The translations under genes were made by a program, and so were the position numbers. From contig OZ255842.1 of the NCBI GenBank assembly GCA_965277805.1, forward strand, positions 3,296,001 through 3,360,000: DNA of 64,000 bases, written 5' to 3'. Below the pieces are notes generated by a model. The model searched no databases. It was given only the letters and a program-made list of their open reading frames with translations, and had not been told where the DNA came from. Positions 1 to 8,486 of the stretch are shown in pieces (position 1 is the stretch's first letter; every line of letters starts with the position of its first letter). Origin of the DNA: Candidatus Lustribacter sp. (GTDB lineage Bacteria > Vulcanimicrobiota > Vulcanimicrobiia > Vulcanimicrobiales > Vulcanimicrobiaceae).

Positions 1-1083
1 CTTACGCATTTCTTCGAGCCAAATTTCATGGATGCGCGGATCCTGATCTTCATACTCGATTTGGCTGCCGCCCTCTTTGGTGCTCTTCGAGATCGTGCCT
101 TGGCCGCCGTCTTTGCTCGTGCTGTAGTCGCGCTTCTTCTGCGTGAGCGGATAGCGGGCGTTGCCGCCGCCGATCAGCGCGAGATAACGTGACGGTGTTT
201 GGCTCGTCGTGAAGTGCTGGTGGAACTGGCGCTCGACCGGCGCGAACATCATGCCGGGATACCAATCGACGCGGATGAAATCTTGCTCGCCCTCCTGCCA
301 CAAGAGCGAATAGCCCTTGCCGCTGACGGTGAAGATGTGCGCGCCCGCTTCGTGATGGTGCGCCTTCTTGTACGTGCCCGTCGCGATTTCGGAGGTGTGC
401 GCGTGCATGTTGCCGTTGGCGAGAAGGAACATCAGGTTCATCGAGCCAGCACCGCGCTCGCTCCAGGCGGTCAGTTCGATCGCGCTGAGGTCGGGGACGA
501 AGTTCGTCTCCCACATGTTCTGGCCGGCGCGCACGAGCGAGAGATCGCCGGCGCCGGTGAACCAATCGTCTTTGCCGATGCGGTCTTTGAAGAAGTGCGT
601 GTTCTCGAAGATGAACTCGTCATCGTGATAGATCTTCATCGTCAGCGGCAGCCCGTGCACCGACGCGACGACGGCGCGTTTCTTGCCGTCGCCGTTGTGC
701 AAGCGGTAGCGCACGTTCAACGGGATTGCGAACATGCTGTGCTCTTGCCACTCGAAGCTGTGCGTCTTGCCGTTCGGCAACTCGATCTCGGTGCTGCCGC
801 GGCCTTCGGCGACGTACATCACCTCTTCGTACAGATGGCGCTGTGGCGTCGTCGACATACCCGGCGGGATGTCGATCGCGTAGCAGCTCGCCCAATCGCC
901 GCGGCCGGTCAGGTGAATTGCGACGCCGTTGACGCCGAAGCGCGGCCACGGCTTCGTTTCGACCGTGTGCAGATCGAAGCCCAAGCCTTCGACCACGTGA
1001 ATGCCTTCGCGCTCGATCCAGTCCAAGTAGGGGTCTTGGTAGAGACGAGCCTTCTTAGCGGCGGCCTCAATCGTTGACGTCAT
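1..1083 (-). CDS. Bicupin (gentisate-dioxygenase-like cupin) protein, 3' end runs off the window
   Basis: Manual translation of the minus strand from ATG 1083 (GGAG RBS upstream): MTSTIEAAAKKARLYQDPYLDWIEREG...QRHLYEEVMYVAEGRG...TYKKAHHHEAGAHIF...QFHQHF...EIWLEEMRK. Open to position 1, with two cupin-type motifs. Absent from the ORF track because there is no stop codon in the window. Confidence 0.85.
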   Translation of the reverse strand, partial: MTSTIEAAAKKARLYQDPYLDWIEREGIHVVEGLGFDLHTVETKPWPRFGVNGVAIHLTGRGDWASCYAIDIPPGMSTTPQRHLYEEVMYVAEGRGSTEIELPNGKTHSFEWQEHSMFAIPLNVRYRLHNGDGKKRAVVASVHGLPLTMKIYHDDEFIFENTHFFKDRIGKDDWFTGAGDLSLVRAGQNMWETNFVPDLSAIELTAWSERGAGSMNLMFLLANGNMHAHTSEIATGTYKKAHHHEAGAHIFTVSGKGYSLLWQEGEQDFIRVDWYPGMMFAPVERQFHQHFTTSQTPSRYLALIGGGNARYPLTQKKRDYSTSKDGGQGTISKSTKEGGSQIEYEDQDPRIHEIWLEEMRK

Positions 1084-1128
1084 CACGGCTCCTTCGCAGC
1101 GAACGGGTGTTCGGAGGTTTACTCCGCT

Positions 1129-2283
1129 TTACTCGGTGGTCCTGGTCTCCGGAATGTATCGGATCAGCAGGTAGCTGACCGTCACGGCCGAGAGCGTGAT
1201 GAACAGGAACGCCGACCCGTAGTTCAGCTGGTCGGCGAGGAACGCGAACATCAGCGGGCTCAACGCTTGGCCGCCCTGGCCCGCGAAGCGCCAAATTCCC
1301 AGGAAGGTACCGCGGGCTTCCTCGGGAGCAACGTCGGTGCCGACGGTCTGAATGGAACCGCCGGTCAACGCCTGCAGCGCGACGCCGATCAGGAAAATCG
1401 CGACGTACCACGTCAGGTTCAGGTGCAAGAACGCCGTGAGCGCCAGCGCGAGCGACGAGAACGCGACGCCGGCGAAGCCCGGCACCATCGTGCGCTTGCG
1501 TCCGAACCGGTCCATCATCCAGCCGGCGAGGAAACCGATCGGCAACGAGATCAGCGACGCGCTCGTCGCGAGGTAACCGATCGGGCGCGGTCCGAGCGTA
1601 TAGGCGAACGCCGCGTAGAGATACAGGAGGTCGGCGCCTTGCGGACCGCGCGTCAATCCGGCGAACAGCGCGACACCGAAGTACGGCAGACGCGGCATCA
1701 CCAATTCGCGCAACGACAGCTTCGCAACCGGCGCGCTGCTCGTCCCGTTCGCGCGCTCGCGGCGCGGCGTATCTTTCGCAAAGAGCACCGTGGGAACGAG
1801 CGCGATCAGCGCGAGGCCCGCAAAGACGAGGAACGGAACGCGCGCGCCGAGATCGGTCGCGATGAGGCCGCCGACCACCGGACCCGCCAGCCGGCCGGTA
1901 CTATCCATACCGAACATCCAACTGACCAGCCGTCCGCGCTGCGACGGCGCGGCGCCGTGCGAGATGGCGGCCAAGCGCGCCATGATCCACATCTGCGCCG
2001 CGAAGCCGTTGATGAACCGCAGCACGAGCAATTCGGGAAACGAGTTTGAACCGGCGACGAGAAATCCGGTCGCCGCCGCGAGCAACGGCCCCGCGATCAG
2101 TACGGGACGGCGTCCAAAGCGATCGATCATCCAACCGGATGGAATCGTTCCCGATAAATTCCCGATCAGGAACATCGTTACGACGAGGCTTGCGATGCCG
2201 AAGCTGACGTTGAACGATTTAGCGAGCGTCGGCAGCGCCGGCACCGCGATTCCCGTTCCCAATGCCAAGATCAGTGCCGGCAA
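1129..2283 (-). CDS. MFS transporter
   Basis: About 12 hydrophobic segments; MFS motif A twice (GWMIDRFGRR, GWMMDRFGRKR). The true start may be upstream (in-frame CTG at 2355). Confidence 0.9.
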   Translation of the reverse strand: MPALILALGTGIAVPALPTLAKSFNVSFGIASLVVTMFLIGNLSGTIPSGWMIDRFGRRPVLIAGPLLAAATGFLVAGSNSFPELLVLRFINGFAAQMWIMARLAAISHGAAPSQRGRLVSWMFGMDSTGRLAGPVVGGLIATDLGARVPFLVFAGLALIALVPTVLFAKDTPRRERANGTSSAPVAKLSLRELVMPRLPYFGVALFAGLTRGPQGADLLYLYAAFAYTLGPRPIGYLATSASLISLPIGFLAGWMMDRFGRKRTMVPGFAGVAFSSLALALTAFLHLNLTWYVAIFLIGVALQALTGGSIQTVGTDVAPEEARGTFLGIWRFAGQGGQALSPLMFAFLADQLNYGSAFLFITLSAVTVSYLLIRYIPETRTTE

Positions 2284-2429
2284 ATACGTAGCGAGGAACG
2301 CCTCCCACGAAATCGCCGGGCCTTCGCGCGCCGGAGTTTGTTCCTCCCGGTTCAGTTGAACGTTGCTGCGTAAGACAAAACGCTACGCCGTTCGCACGTC
2401 GAAAGATTTTCCCCTAGATCGGACGCGCG

Positions 2430-3425
2430 TTATAACCAGGAAGCGAATGCCATTCCGACACCGGTGCCGGCGGGCGTGCGATAAACGGGATAATACTGAC
2501 AGAAGTCGTTGCGTAATTCACCGAGCGCACCGCCGACCGTGATCCAATTACGGATCTCCGATGAACCGGAGTTCAACAGTTGAGACGGAATCTTCGCGAG
2601 CGCGCTGCGATCTTGAGAACGCAACGCATCGAGCACAGCGAGATCGAGCGCTTCGTTCGTCACGAAGTGACTCAAGCCGCCCGACGCCAGAATCGCAACG
2701 CGCGCATCGCCCGGCGCGGCTTCGATCGCGCGCCGCAAGGCTTGGCCGAGCGCGTAACACCGCGCGGGCTTCGGCTGATTCGGCGGGTAGTAGCAGTTCA
2801 CCATCACCGGCACGATCGGAATGGTGCGCCCCGCCATGAGGCGCGTGACGACAAAGCCGTACGCATGTCCGAAACCTTGCGCCACCGGGTTCGGCACCGA
2901 CGCCGCCGCCGCGATGTCGAAGCCGTCATCCATCAGGTGATCGATCAGCGCGCGCGCGAGCGCCGGTGCGGTAGCGAGTTCGTAATGCTGGTCCATGCCG
3001 TAACCGACGGAGACCGTTTGCATCCACTTGTATTCCGGATCCGGCGAAATCGCCCAGCGCGTCATCGTCGCCGGCTCGCCGTAGAAGATCGACACGGCCG
3101 GAAAGTTAGCCAAGCTGAACAGCTCTTGTTCGTCGTCGCCGACGATGACCAGCACGTCGGGCGCCACGGCGGCGAGCGCATCCGCCAGGCGGTCGAGATC
3201 GCGCTGCGCGGCCTCGTACTGTTCGTTCCAGCGCGCCGGCACCGCGAGGGGAGCGAACCGTCCGCCGACCAGTTCTTCGATCTCGGCGTAGTCGCGCCGC
3301 ACGCCCTCGGTGTCGTAAAGCTGCGGGTTCTTACGGTCGTTGACGGCGCGCGCTTCCCACTCTTCGGCCATGAGCGCGAGCAACGGCGTGTGCGAGGTAG
3401 CGAAGCCCGCGACCAGTCTAGACAT
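2430..3425 (-). CDS. LigB-family (class III) extradiol ring-cleavage dioxygenase
   Basis: ATSHTP N-terminal His, VIVGDDEQE, GFGHAYG, ASGGLSHF and SGSSEIRNW motifs typical of LigB/DesB-type enzymes. Confidence 0.85.
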   Translation of the reverse strand: MSRLVAGFATSHTPLLALMAEEWEARAVNDRKNPQLYDTEGVRRDYAEIEELVGGRFAPLAVPARWNEQYEAAQRDLDRLADALAAVAPDVLVIVGDDEQELFSLANFPAVSIFYGEPATMTRWAISPDPEYKWMQTVSVGYGMDQHYELATAPALARALIDHLMDDGFDIAAAASVPNPVAQGFGHAYGFVVTRLMAGRTIPIVPVMVNCYYPPNQPKPARCYALGQALRRAIEAAPGDARVAILASGGLSHFVTNEALDLAVLDALRSQDRSALAKIPSQLLNSGSSEIRNWITVGGALGELRNDFCQYYPVYRTPAGTGVGMAFASWL

Positions 3426-4404
3426 GCGCCTGCACCAGCGTCTGCGGGGCGAACAGGTCTTCGATCGCGAGACGGCGCGAACACACGCCCTGTTCGTAGG
3501 CGTAATCGAGGAACGCTTCGAGCGTCACGCGATTGCGGTCGATACCGTAGGGAAAAATATCGTCGCCGATGATGCCTTTCGTGCGCTGGGCGTAATCGGC
3601 GTGCCAGGCGATCGGGAACATCGAGGCGCCCGTATAGAGCGCGCGTTCGACGCTGTTGCGCTTGGCTTCTTCGAAGGCCGCGTAGAGGTTCGCCGCAACC
3701 CACGGCGCGCGGTCCAGGAGCGTTTTCTTAATGACGATCGTGTGCATCACCGGATAGATTCCCGTCTCGCGCACGTATTGCTGCTCGACCTCCATCGTCT
3801 TTTCGAACAGCAGGCGTACGCGCGGGTCGGCGCCGTAACAGCGCGGCGCCTGCGCGCTGATCATCGCATCGATCTCGCCTGCCGGCAGCATGTCGGAGAG
3901 CGCGCGATCGGGGACCGGCGTCAGGCGCAGGCCGGCCGGCAGGCTCAGCGCGACCTTCTCGGTGCGGCCCGGTTCGTCGGCGCCGGCTTGGACCCAATCG
4001 ATCGAGCGCAGATCGATTCCATAGTAGTGCGCCAAGAGGCCGCGCGCGTAGACGGCGGCGGTCTGCGCCCACTCCGGCAATCCGATGCGGCGGCCGGCTA
4101 AGTCGGCCGGGCCTTTGACCGGCCCGCCGTCCAGCACGTAGAACGAACCGTGACGCACCATGCGGTTTGGAAACACCGGGATCGCGATCAGCGAGTCGTC
4201 GCCGTTCGAGCGCATCGCCGCGTACTTCGCAAACGAGATCTCGGCAACGTCGAAGTCGTTGAAGAGCACGCCGCGCAGCAAGATATCGTGATACGAGAGC
4301 TCGAGGTGGTTGAGGGTGATGCCCTCAGCCGTCACGTTACCGGTGATCAGATCGGCGACGTGATCGTAGCGCAGGGTTGCAAGCGAAAGCGCGAGTTTGT
4401 TCAC
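3418..4404 (-). CDS. 4,5-dihydroxyphthalate decarboxylase-like protein (PBP2 fold)
   Basis: YDH, FDVAEIS, AIPVFP.R..RH, GIYPVMHTIVI and YGIDRNRVTLE motifs of the OphC/Pht5 family. Confidence 0.8.
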   Translation of the reverse strand: MNKLALSLATLRYDHVADLITGNVTAEGITLNHLELSYHDILLRGVLFNDFDVAEISFAKYAAMRSNGDDSLIAIPVFPNRMVRHGSFYVLDGGPVKGPADLAGRRIGLPEWAQTAAVYARGLLAHYYGIDLRSIDWVQAGADEPGRTEKVALSLPAGLRLTPVPDRALSDMLPAGEIDAMISAQAPRCYGADPRVRLLFEKTMEVEQQYVRETGIYPVMHTIVIKKTLLDRAPWVAANLYAAFEEAKRNSVERALYTGASMFPIAWHADYAQRTKGIIGDDIFPYGIDRNRVTLEAFLDYAYEQGVCSRRLAIEDLFAPQTLVQAHV

Positions 4405-5348
4405 GTCAGGCGCGCGTAGAGTTCGGCTGCGTCAAACGACTTCGGAATGATTTCGTACTTCGCACAGGCGGTGACGTAGGGCTGCATCTCGCGCGGATCG
4501 GATTCGGTCGCGAAGATCGTTTTGGTCGCCGCAACCGTCGCGCGATCGATGCCGGTGAAGGCCGACGTCAGATCGCCCGCCTCGGAAACATGCGCGTTGC
4601 ACCACACCTGCGCGTCGCGAATGACGCGCACGAATTTCGCCACCGTGTCGCGGTTCTTGGCGATGTAGTCGGCAGTGGCAACCCACGCCGTCTCGAGAAA
4701 GTGCGGCCCGAGCGCGCCGAGGAGGTCGCCCAGCGCGCGCACCTTGCCCGCGCGAACGTCGTCTTTAAGGTACGGCGCGTTCGATACGCCGGCGTCGACG
4801 CGTTTCGCGAGTACCGCCGCGGTTACGGCCGAAAACGGCAACTCGATGAACTTCACCGTCGTGGAGTCGCCGCCGGCCGCGTCGACGAACAACCGCGCGC
4901 CGATCCAGGTCGAATCCTTGATGGCGCCGACCGAGACCGTCTTGCCGTTCAAGTCGCGGCCGGTTCGGATCGGCGAGTCGGGCGACACGACGATTTGCGA
5001 TTCGGAATCGTTTCCGAACGTGTGCAGCCGGTCGGGAAAGATGATCGTGAGCGGGATGCCGTGCGCGTGGGCGGTGATGATCGCCGTCGAGCTGACCTTA
5101 CCGATATCGATCGCGCCCCCGGCGAGCGCCGCCGCGACGGCCGAACCGTTGGTCGCCTTTTGCAGCGTCACGTCGAGTCCGGCGTTCTTGAACAGCCCGT
5201 TGTTCTGGGCGTAGATCAAGGGAGTCACGTCGTTGACCGGATTGCTCGAAACCCGAACTGCCGTCGGCGCGGATTGCGCGTACGCGGTGCGGCCGGTCGC
5301 GAGCAGCAGCGCGCCGCCGGCGATGACGACTTTGCGCGACATGTTCAT
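4401..5348 (-). CDS. ABC substrate-binding protein, NMT1/SsuA/THI5 type
   Basis: Start at MNMSRKVVIAGG (TGATG coupling to the upstream gene). Signal peptide ending AYA-Q; GLF..AGLDV and DLNGKTV motifs. The longer ORF-track start at 5834 overlaps the neighbouring gene. Confidence 0.85.
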   Translation of the reverse strand: MNMSRKVVIAGGALLLATGRTAYAQSAPTAVRVSSNPVNDVTPLIYAQNNGLFKNAGLDVTLQKATNGSAVAAALAGGAIDIGKVSSTAIITAHAHGIPLTIIFPDRLHTFGNDSESQIVVSPDSPIRTGRDLNGKTVSVGAIKDSTWIGARLFVDAAGGDSTTVKFIELPFSAVTAAVLAKRVDAGVSNAPYLKDDVRAGKVRALGDLLGALGPHFLETAWVATADYIAKNRDTVAKFVRVIRDAQVWCNAHVSEAGDLTSAFTGIDRATVAATKTIFATESDPREMQPYVTACAKYEIIPKSFDAAELYARLT

Positions 5349-6292
5349 CACGCCAGCATGATCTCTTCGTAGGAGACCGGGCGTGAGATCACTTTGAATC
5401 GCGCCGCCGACTGCAGCTGCGGTTCGATGCACGAACGCTCGGCCTTCTCCGCGAGGACAGGCAGGACGATCGTGCGGATCGTCTCGATCGGCAGTTTGGT
5501 ATACGTCACCAGGAGCTGCTCGACCGAGGCCGGGTTTGCGTTCACGCGTTTGGCCGTTGCGTAGAGCGCGGAAACGACTTGCTTCACGAGCGCCGGGTTC
5601 TTGGCGATGAAGTCGGCGTGCGCGTACCACACACCGAGCGCCCAATGGCGGCCGAGCGTGCTGTAGACGCCCGGCACCGCGCGCGTATCGGCTTTGGCGG
5701 CCGACGCGAACGGCTCGACCAAACAGCCCGATGCGATCTCCTTGCGCTGCAGGGCCGCGGAAATCGACGCAAACGGGATCTCGACGATCTTCACGCTCGT
5801 GGGGTCGATCTTGTTGTTGGTCATCCATTGCCACACGCCCAGCGTCTGGCTGTCGTTGAGCGAGTTCACCCCGAGCGTCGTGTTGACCAGATCCGCCGCG
5901 TTCTTGATCGGCGAGTCCTTCGCAACGGCGAGAATCACCGGCGCCGGTTCGACGAAGATCGTGCCGACTGCAATGATCCGCAGCGGGATGTTATGGATGA
6001 TCGCGTTCGCGACGCCCTCGGGCGTTGCGCTCGCGATGTCGATGTCTCCGCGCACCACGGCTTCCAGCGTTTCCGCGCCGCGTCCGGTCGTCGTGATCGT
6101 CGCGCTGATCCCGGCTTGTTTGAAAAAGCCCAGCTGATCGGCGAAATATCCTTCGGCTTGCGTCGCCGCGGAGCTCGCCGCGATCCGGATCGTCGAGGTC
6201 TGCGCGCGCACGAGCGCCGGGAATCCCGTCGCGACGGCCGCCCCGGATGCCGCAAGTGCAAGCGCGCGACCGCGCGTGATGGCCGTCTTCAC
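5348..6292 (-). CDS. ABC substrate-binding protein, NMT1/SsuA/THI5 type
   Basis: GTG start at 6292 with GGAG RBS; Tat-like leader ITRGRALALAAS...VRA-Q; paralogous to neighbouring SBPs. Confidence 0.85.
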   Translation of the reverse strand: MKTAITRGRALALAASGAAVATGFPALVRAQTSTIRIAASSAATQAEGYFADQLGFFKQAGISATITTTGRGAETLEAVVRGDIDIASATPEGVANAIIHNIPLRIIAVGTIFVEPAPVILAVAKDSPIKNAADLVNTTLGVNSLNDSQTLGVWQWMTNNKIDPTSVKIVEIPFASISAALQRKEIASGCLVEPFASAAKADTRAVPGVYSTLGRHWALGVWYAHADFIAKNPALVKQVVSALYATAKRVNANPASVEQLLVTYTKLPIETIRTIVLPVLAEKAERSCIEPQLQSAARFKVISRPVSYEEIMLA

Positions 6293-6321
6293 TTCTACCA
6301 CTCCGCTCTGCTGCTGCGCGT

Positions 6322-7539
6322 TTAGGTGACGGTGACTTCGCGTTCGGGAAAGTCGTACGTCGTCGATGCCGCGACGCCTTCGAGCGAGTAACCGAGGTGT
6401 TTCTCGACCGGCAGTTCGATCCACGGCGTGTTCTTCTGCGGGTCGCGCACGACGCCGAGCGGATCGAGTCCGCGTTCGACGCGCTCGACCTGATCGAGCA
6501 GCGTCTTGCGGTACAGGGCCACACCGCGATCGCTCTCGCCGAGGTTCTCGACGCTGTGGTCGGTGATGTCGCCTTGCGAGATCATCACCATCATGTCCTG
6601 AGCATTGAGCACGTCGGGCATGTACTTGCCATCCGGCGTCAGCCACGGGTTTTCCCAGATCGGGCTGTGCGCGCGCGTCGGCTTACCGGTATCGCGCTCG
6701 CGGCAGTTCAGCCAGTAGTGCGTCGTGTGGGTGTCGTCCGCCGGTACGCGGATCTGATACTGGACCCACTCCGCCGTGTACGGCACGACCGCGATTCCCG
6801 GGAAGAGCTGCGGGTGACCGGTCTTCCACTCTTCGGAGTCTTCGGTGTCGCCTTCCCAGAGGCGCTTCTTGATGATGCCGAATTCGAAGAGTTCGAAGTC
6901 GATCTTGGCGTGATGGCGGATCTTCACCGGCGCGAGTCCCAAGCGGCCACGCGCGTAGTTCGTGTACTTCATGTGCAAGTACTCGATGTGCAGCGGGTCG
7001 AGCGTGTTCTCGGCGATTTGCAGCCAGTTGCACGGCATGCGGCTGATGCCGATGTCCCACTCCCAATCGTCGCGCACCATGTGCTCGAACCGCGGCAACA
7101 GCGGCGCCGGAGCCTCGCCGAGATACGCCCACAAAAGGCCTGCCATCTCTTGCACGGGGTAGGCGGCGATCTTGATGCGCGCCTTGAGTTTACTGTTCGC
7201 CGGTTCGGCCGGCGTTTCGACGCAGTTGCCGTTCGCGTCGAACTTCCACGCGTGATACGCGCAGACGAGATGGTTGTCTTCGAGCATCCCGCACGCGAGC
7301 GACGTGCCGCGATGCGGACAGCGCTCGGCGACGAGTCCATAGCTGCCGTCCTCGGTGCGATAGAGCGCGAGGCTTTCACCGAGCACGCGCACGGCGATCA
7401 CCGGATTCTCGGTCAGTTCCGCAACGGCGGCAACCGGCTGCCAAAAGCAGCGCATGTATTTGCCCATCGGCGTCCCCGGCCCGACGAGCGTCAGGCGTTC
7501 CTGACGTTGTTTGCGCGATGCAAGATGATCGACGGCCAC
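6322..7539 (-). CDS. Rieske non-heme iron oxygenase alpha subunit (phthalate 4,5-dioxygenase/LigX-like alpha-only group)
   Basis: Rieske motif CPHRG...CAYH; mononuclear iron motif ENTLDPLHIEYLH and AQD; N-terminal LT.VGPGTPMG...W.P signature. Start placed at GTG 7539 (GAGGG RBS). Confidence 0.9.
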   Translation of the reverse strand: MAVDHLASRKQRQERLTLVGPGTPMGKYMRCFWQPVAAVAELTENPVIAVRVLGESLALYRTEDGSYGLVAERCPHRGTSLACGMLEDNHLVCAYHAWKFDANGNCVETPAEPANSKLKARIKIAAYPVQEMAGLLWAYLGEAPAPLLPRFEHMVRDDWEWDIGISRMPCNWLQIAENTLDPLHIEYLHMKYTNYARGRLGLAPVKIRHHAKIDFELFEFGIIKKRLWEGDTEDSEEWKTGHPQLFPGIAVVPYTAEWVQYQIRVPADDTHTTHYWLNCRERDTGKPTRAHSPIWENPWLTPDGKYMPDVLNAQDMMVMISQGDITDHSVENLGESDRGVALYRKTLLDQVERVERGLDPLGVVRDPQKNTPWIELPVEKHLGYSLEGVAASTTYDFPEREVTVT

Positions 7540-7598
7540 GGCACACCAGCCCTCTGAAGTGAAGGGTTCTTTATTGGACAGGAGTACAGTAATAGAAC

Positions 7599-8225
7599 AT
7601 GCCTCCAGTGTCAAGGCCGACCGCGAGCCTCGAGACGGGCCGCGTACAGCAAAAGGCGCGCACGCGCAAGGCGCTCGTCGACGCCGCGATCGCGTTCGTG
7701 CGTGAGGGGCGCGATTTTTCCGTCGCCGACGTGGCCGATGCGGCGCTCGTCGGACGCGCGACCGCCTACACGTACTTCAAAACGAAAGAATCGCTGCGCG
7801 CGCAAGCGGTGCTCACGTTTGTCGCCAGCAACGACTTCCCGTCGTTCGACGTCGCGTTCGCGCAGACGGCCGATGCCGAAACGCGCGTGCAAGCCGTCGT
7901 GGCGGCGAGCGACAAGTCGATCCGTCTGCACGAAGCACAATACCGCGCGCTCTTGCGCTCCTCGCTCGAAGACGGCCAGGGCGACGAACTGCCCCGGCGC
8001 CCCGCCAACCGCCGGCAGTGGCTAAACGACGCGCTAGCACCGTTGCGCCGCTCACTCACCGATGCCGAATTCGATCGCCTCGTCGGCGCATTGAGCTTGT
8101 GCCTGGGCATCGAAGCACACGTCACGCTGCGCGACGTCTGCGGGTTCAGCGAACCTGAAGCGAGCGCAATAAAAGCCTGGGCCGCCGCCGCCCTCGTAGA
8201 AGCCGCCAAACCCAAACCCCGCTAG
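7599..8225 (+). CDS. TetR/AcrR family transcriptional regulator
   Basis: N-terminal HTH RTRKALVDAA...SVADVADAALVGRATAYTYFKTKE; divergent from the Rieske operon. Confidence 0.92.
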   Translation: MPPVSRPTASLETGRVQQKARTRKALVDAAIAFVREGRDFSVADVADAALVGRATAYTYFKTKESLRAQAVLTFVASNDFPSFDVAFAQTADAETRVQAVVAASDKSIRLHEAQYRALLRSSLEDGQGDELPRRPANRRQWLNDALAPLRRSLTDAEFDRLVGALSLCLGIEAHVTLRDVCGFSEPEASAIKAWAAAALVEAAKPKPR

Positions 8226-8252
8226 CCCCCCTTGTCATTAGTCCTTAGTCCT

Positions 8253-8455
8253 TGTCATTCTGAGCGGAGCCCCGAAGGGGGGCGTAGACGAAGAACGCGC
8301 CACCATCATGGCAATAAGCAAGGGCAATGCCATCATCGGGAGTGCGCTGACTGTCTGGAATTTATCTGGCACATTTGCGGCGTTGCCGTGGCAAATCGCA
8401 CGATATCGGCGCGTCCTTCGTCTGCGCGCCCTACGGCGCTCCGCTCAGGACGACA
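8253..8455. repeat. REP/MITE-like element with about 48-bp imperfect terminal inverted repeats
   Basis: Left arm 8253-8301 TGTCATTCTGAGCGGAGCCCCGAAGGGGGGCGTAGACGAAGAACGCGCC matches the reverse complement of the right arm 8408-8455 (TGTCGTCCTGAGCGGAGCGCCGTAGGGCGCGCAGACGAAGGACGCGCC). About 106-bp less GC-rich spacer; lies between convergent genes. Confidence 0.75.
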
Positions 8456-8486
8456 CTGAAATCACGCAACACTGCTCAAGTTTTGG

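Noticed and set aside
199-1077. 292-aa plus-strand ORF
   Set aside because: Antisense shadow of the minus-strand bicupin; no recognisable motifs.
4401-6646. N-terminal extensions in the ORF track (5834, 6646; likewise 21985, 40719, 41396, 13839)
   Set aside because: They overlap upstream genes; internal starts have an RBS, stop/start coupling or family-typical N-termini.
2430-7539. Assigning ophA2/ophC/ligB gene symbols
   Set aside because: Only family-level motifs are visible; orthology and substrate cannot be established from the sequence alone.
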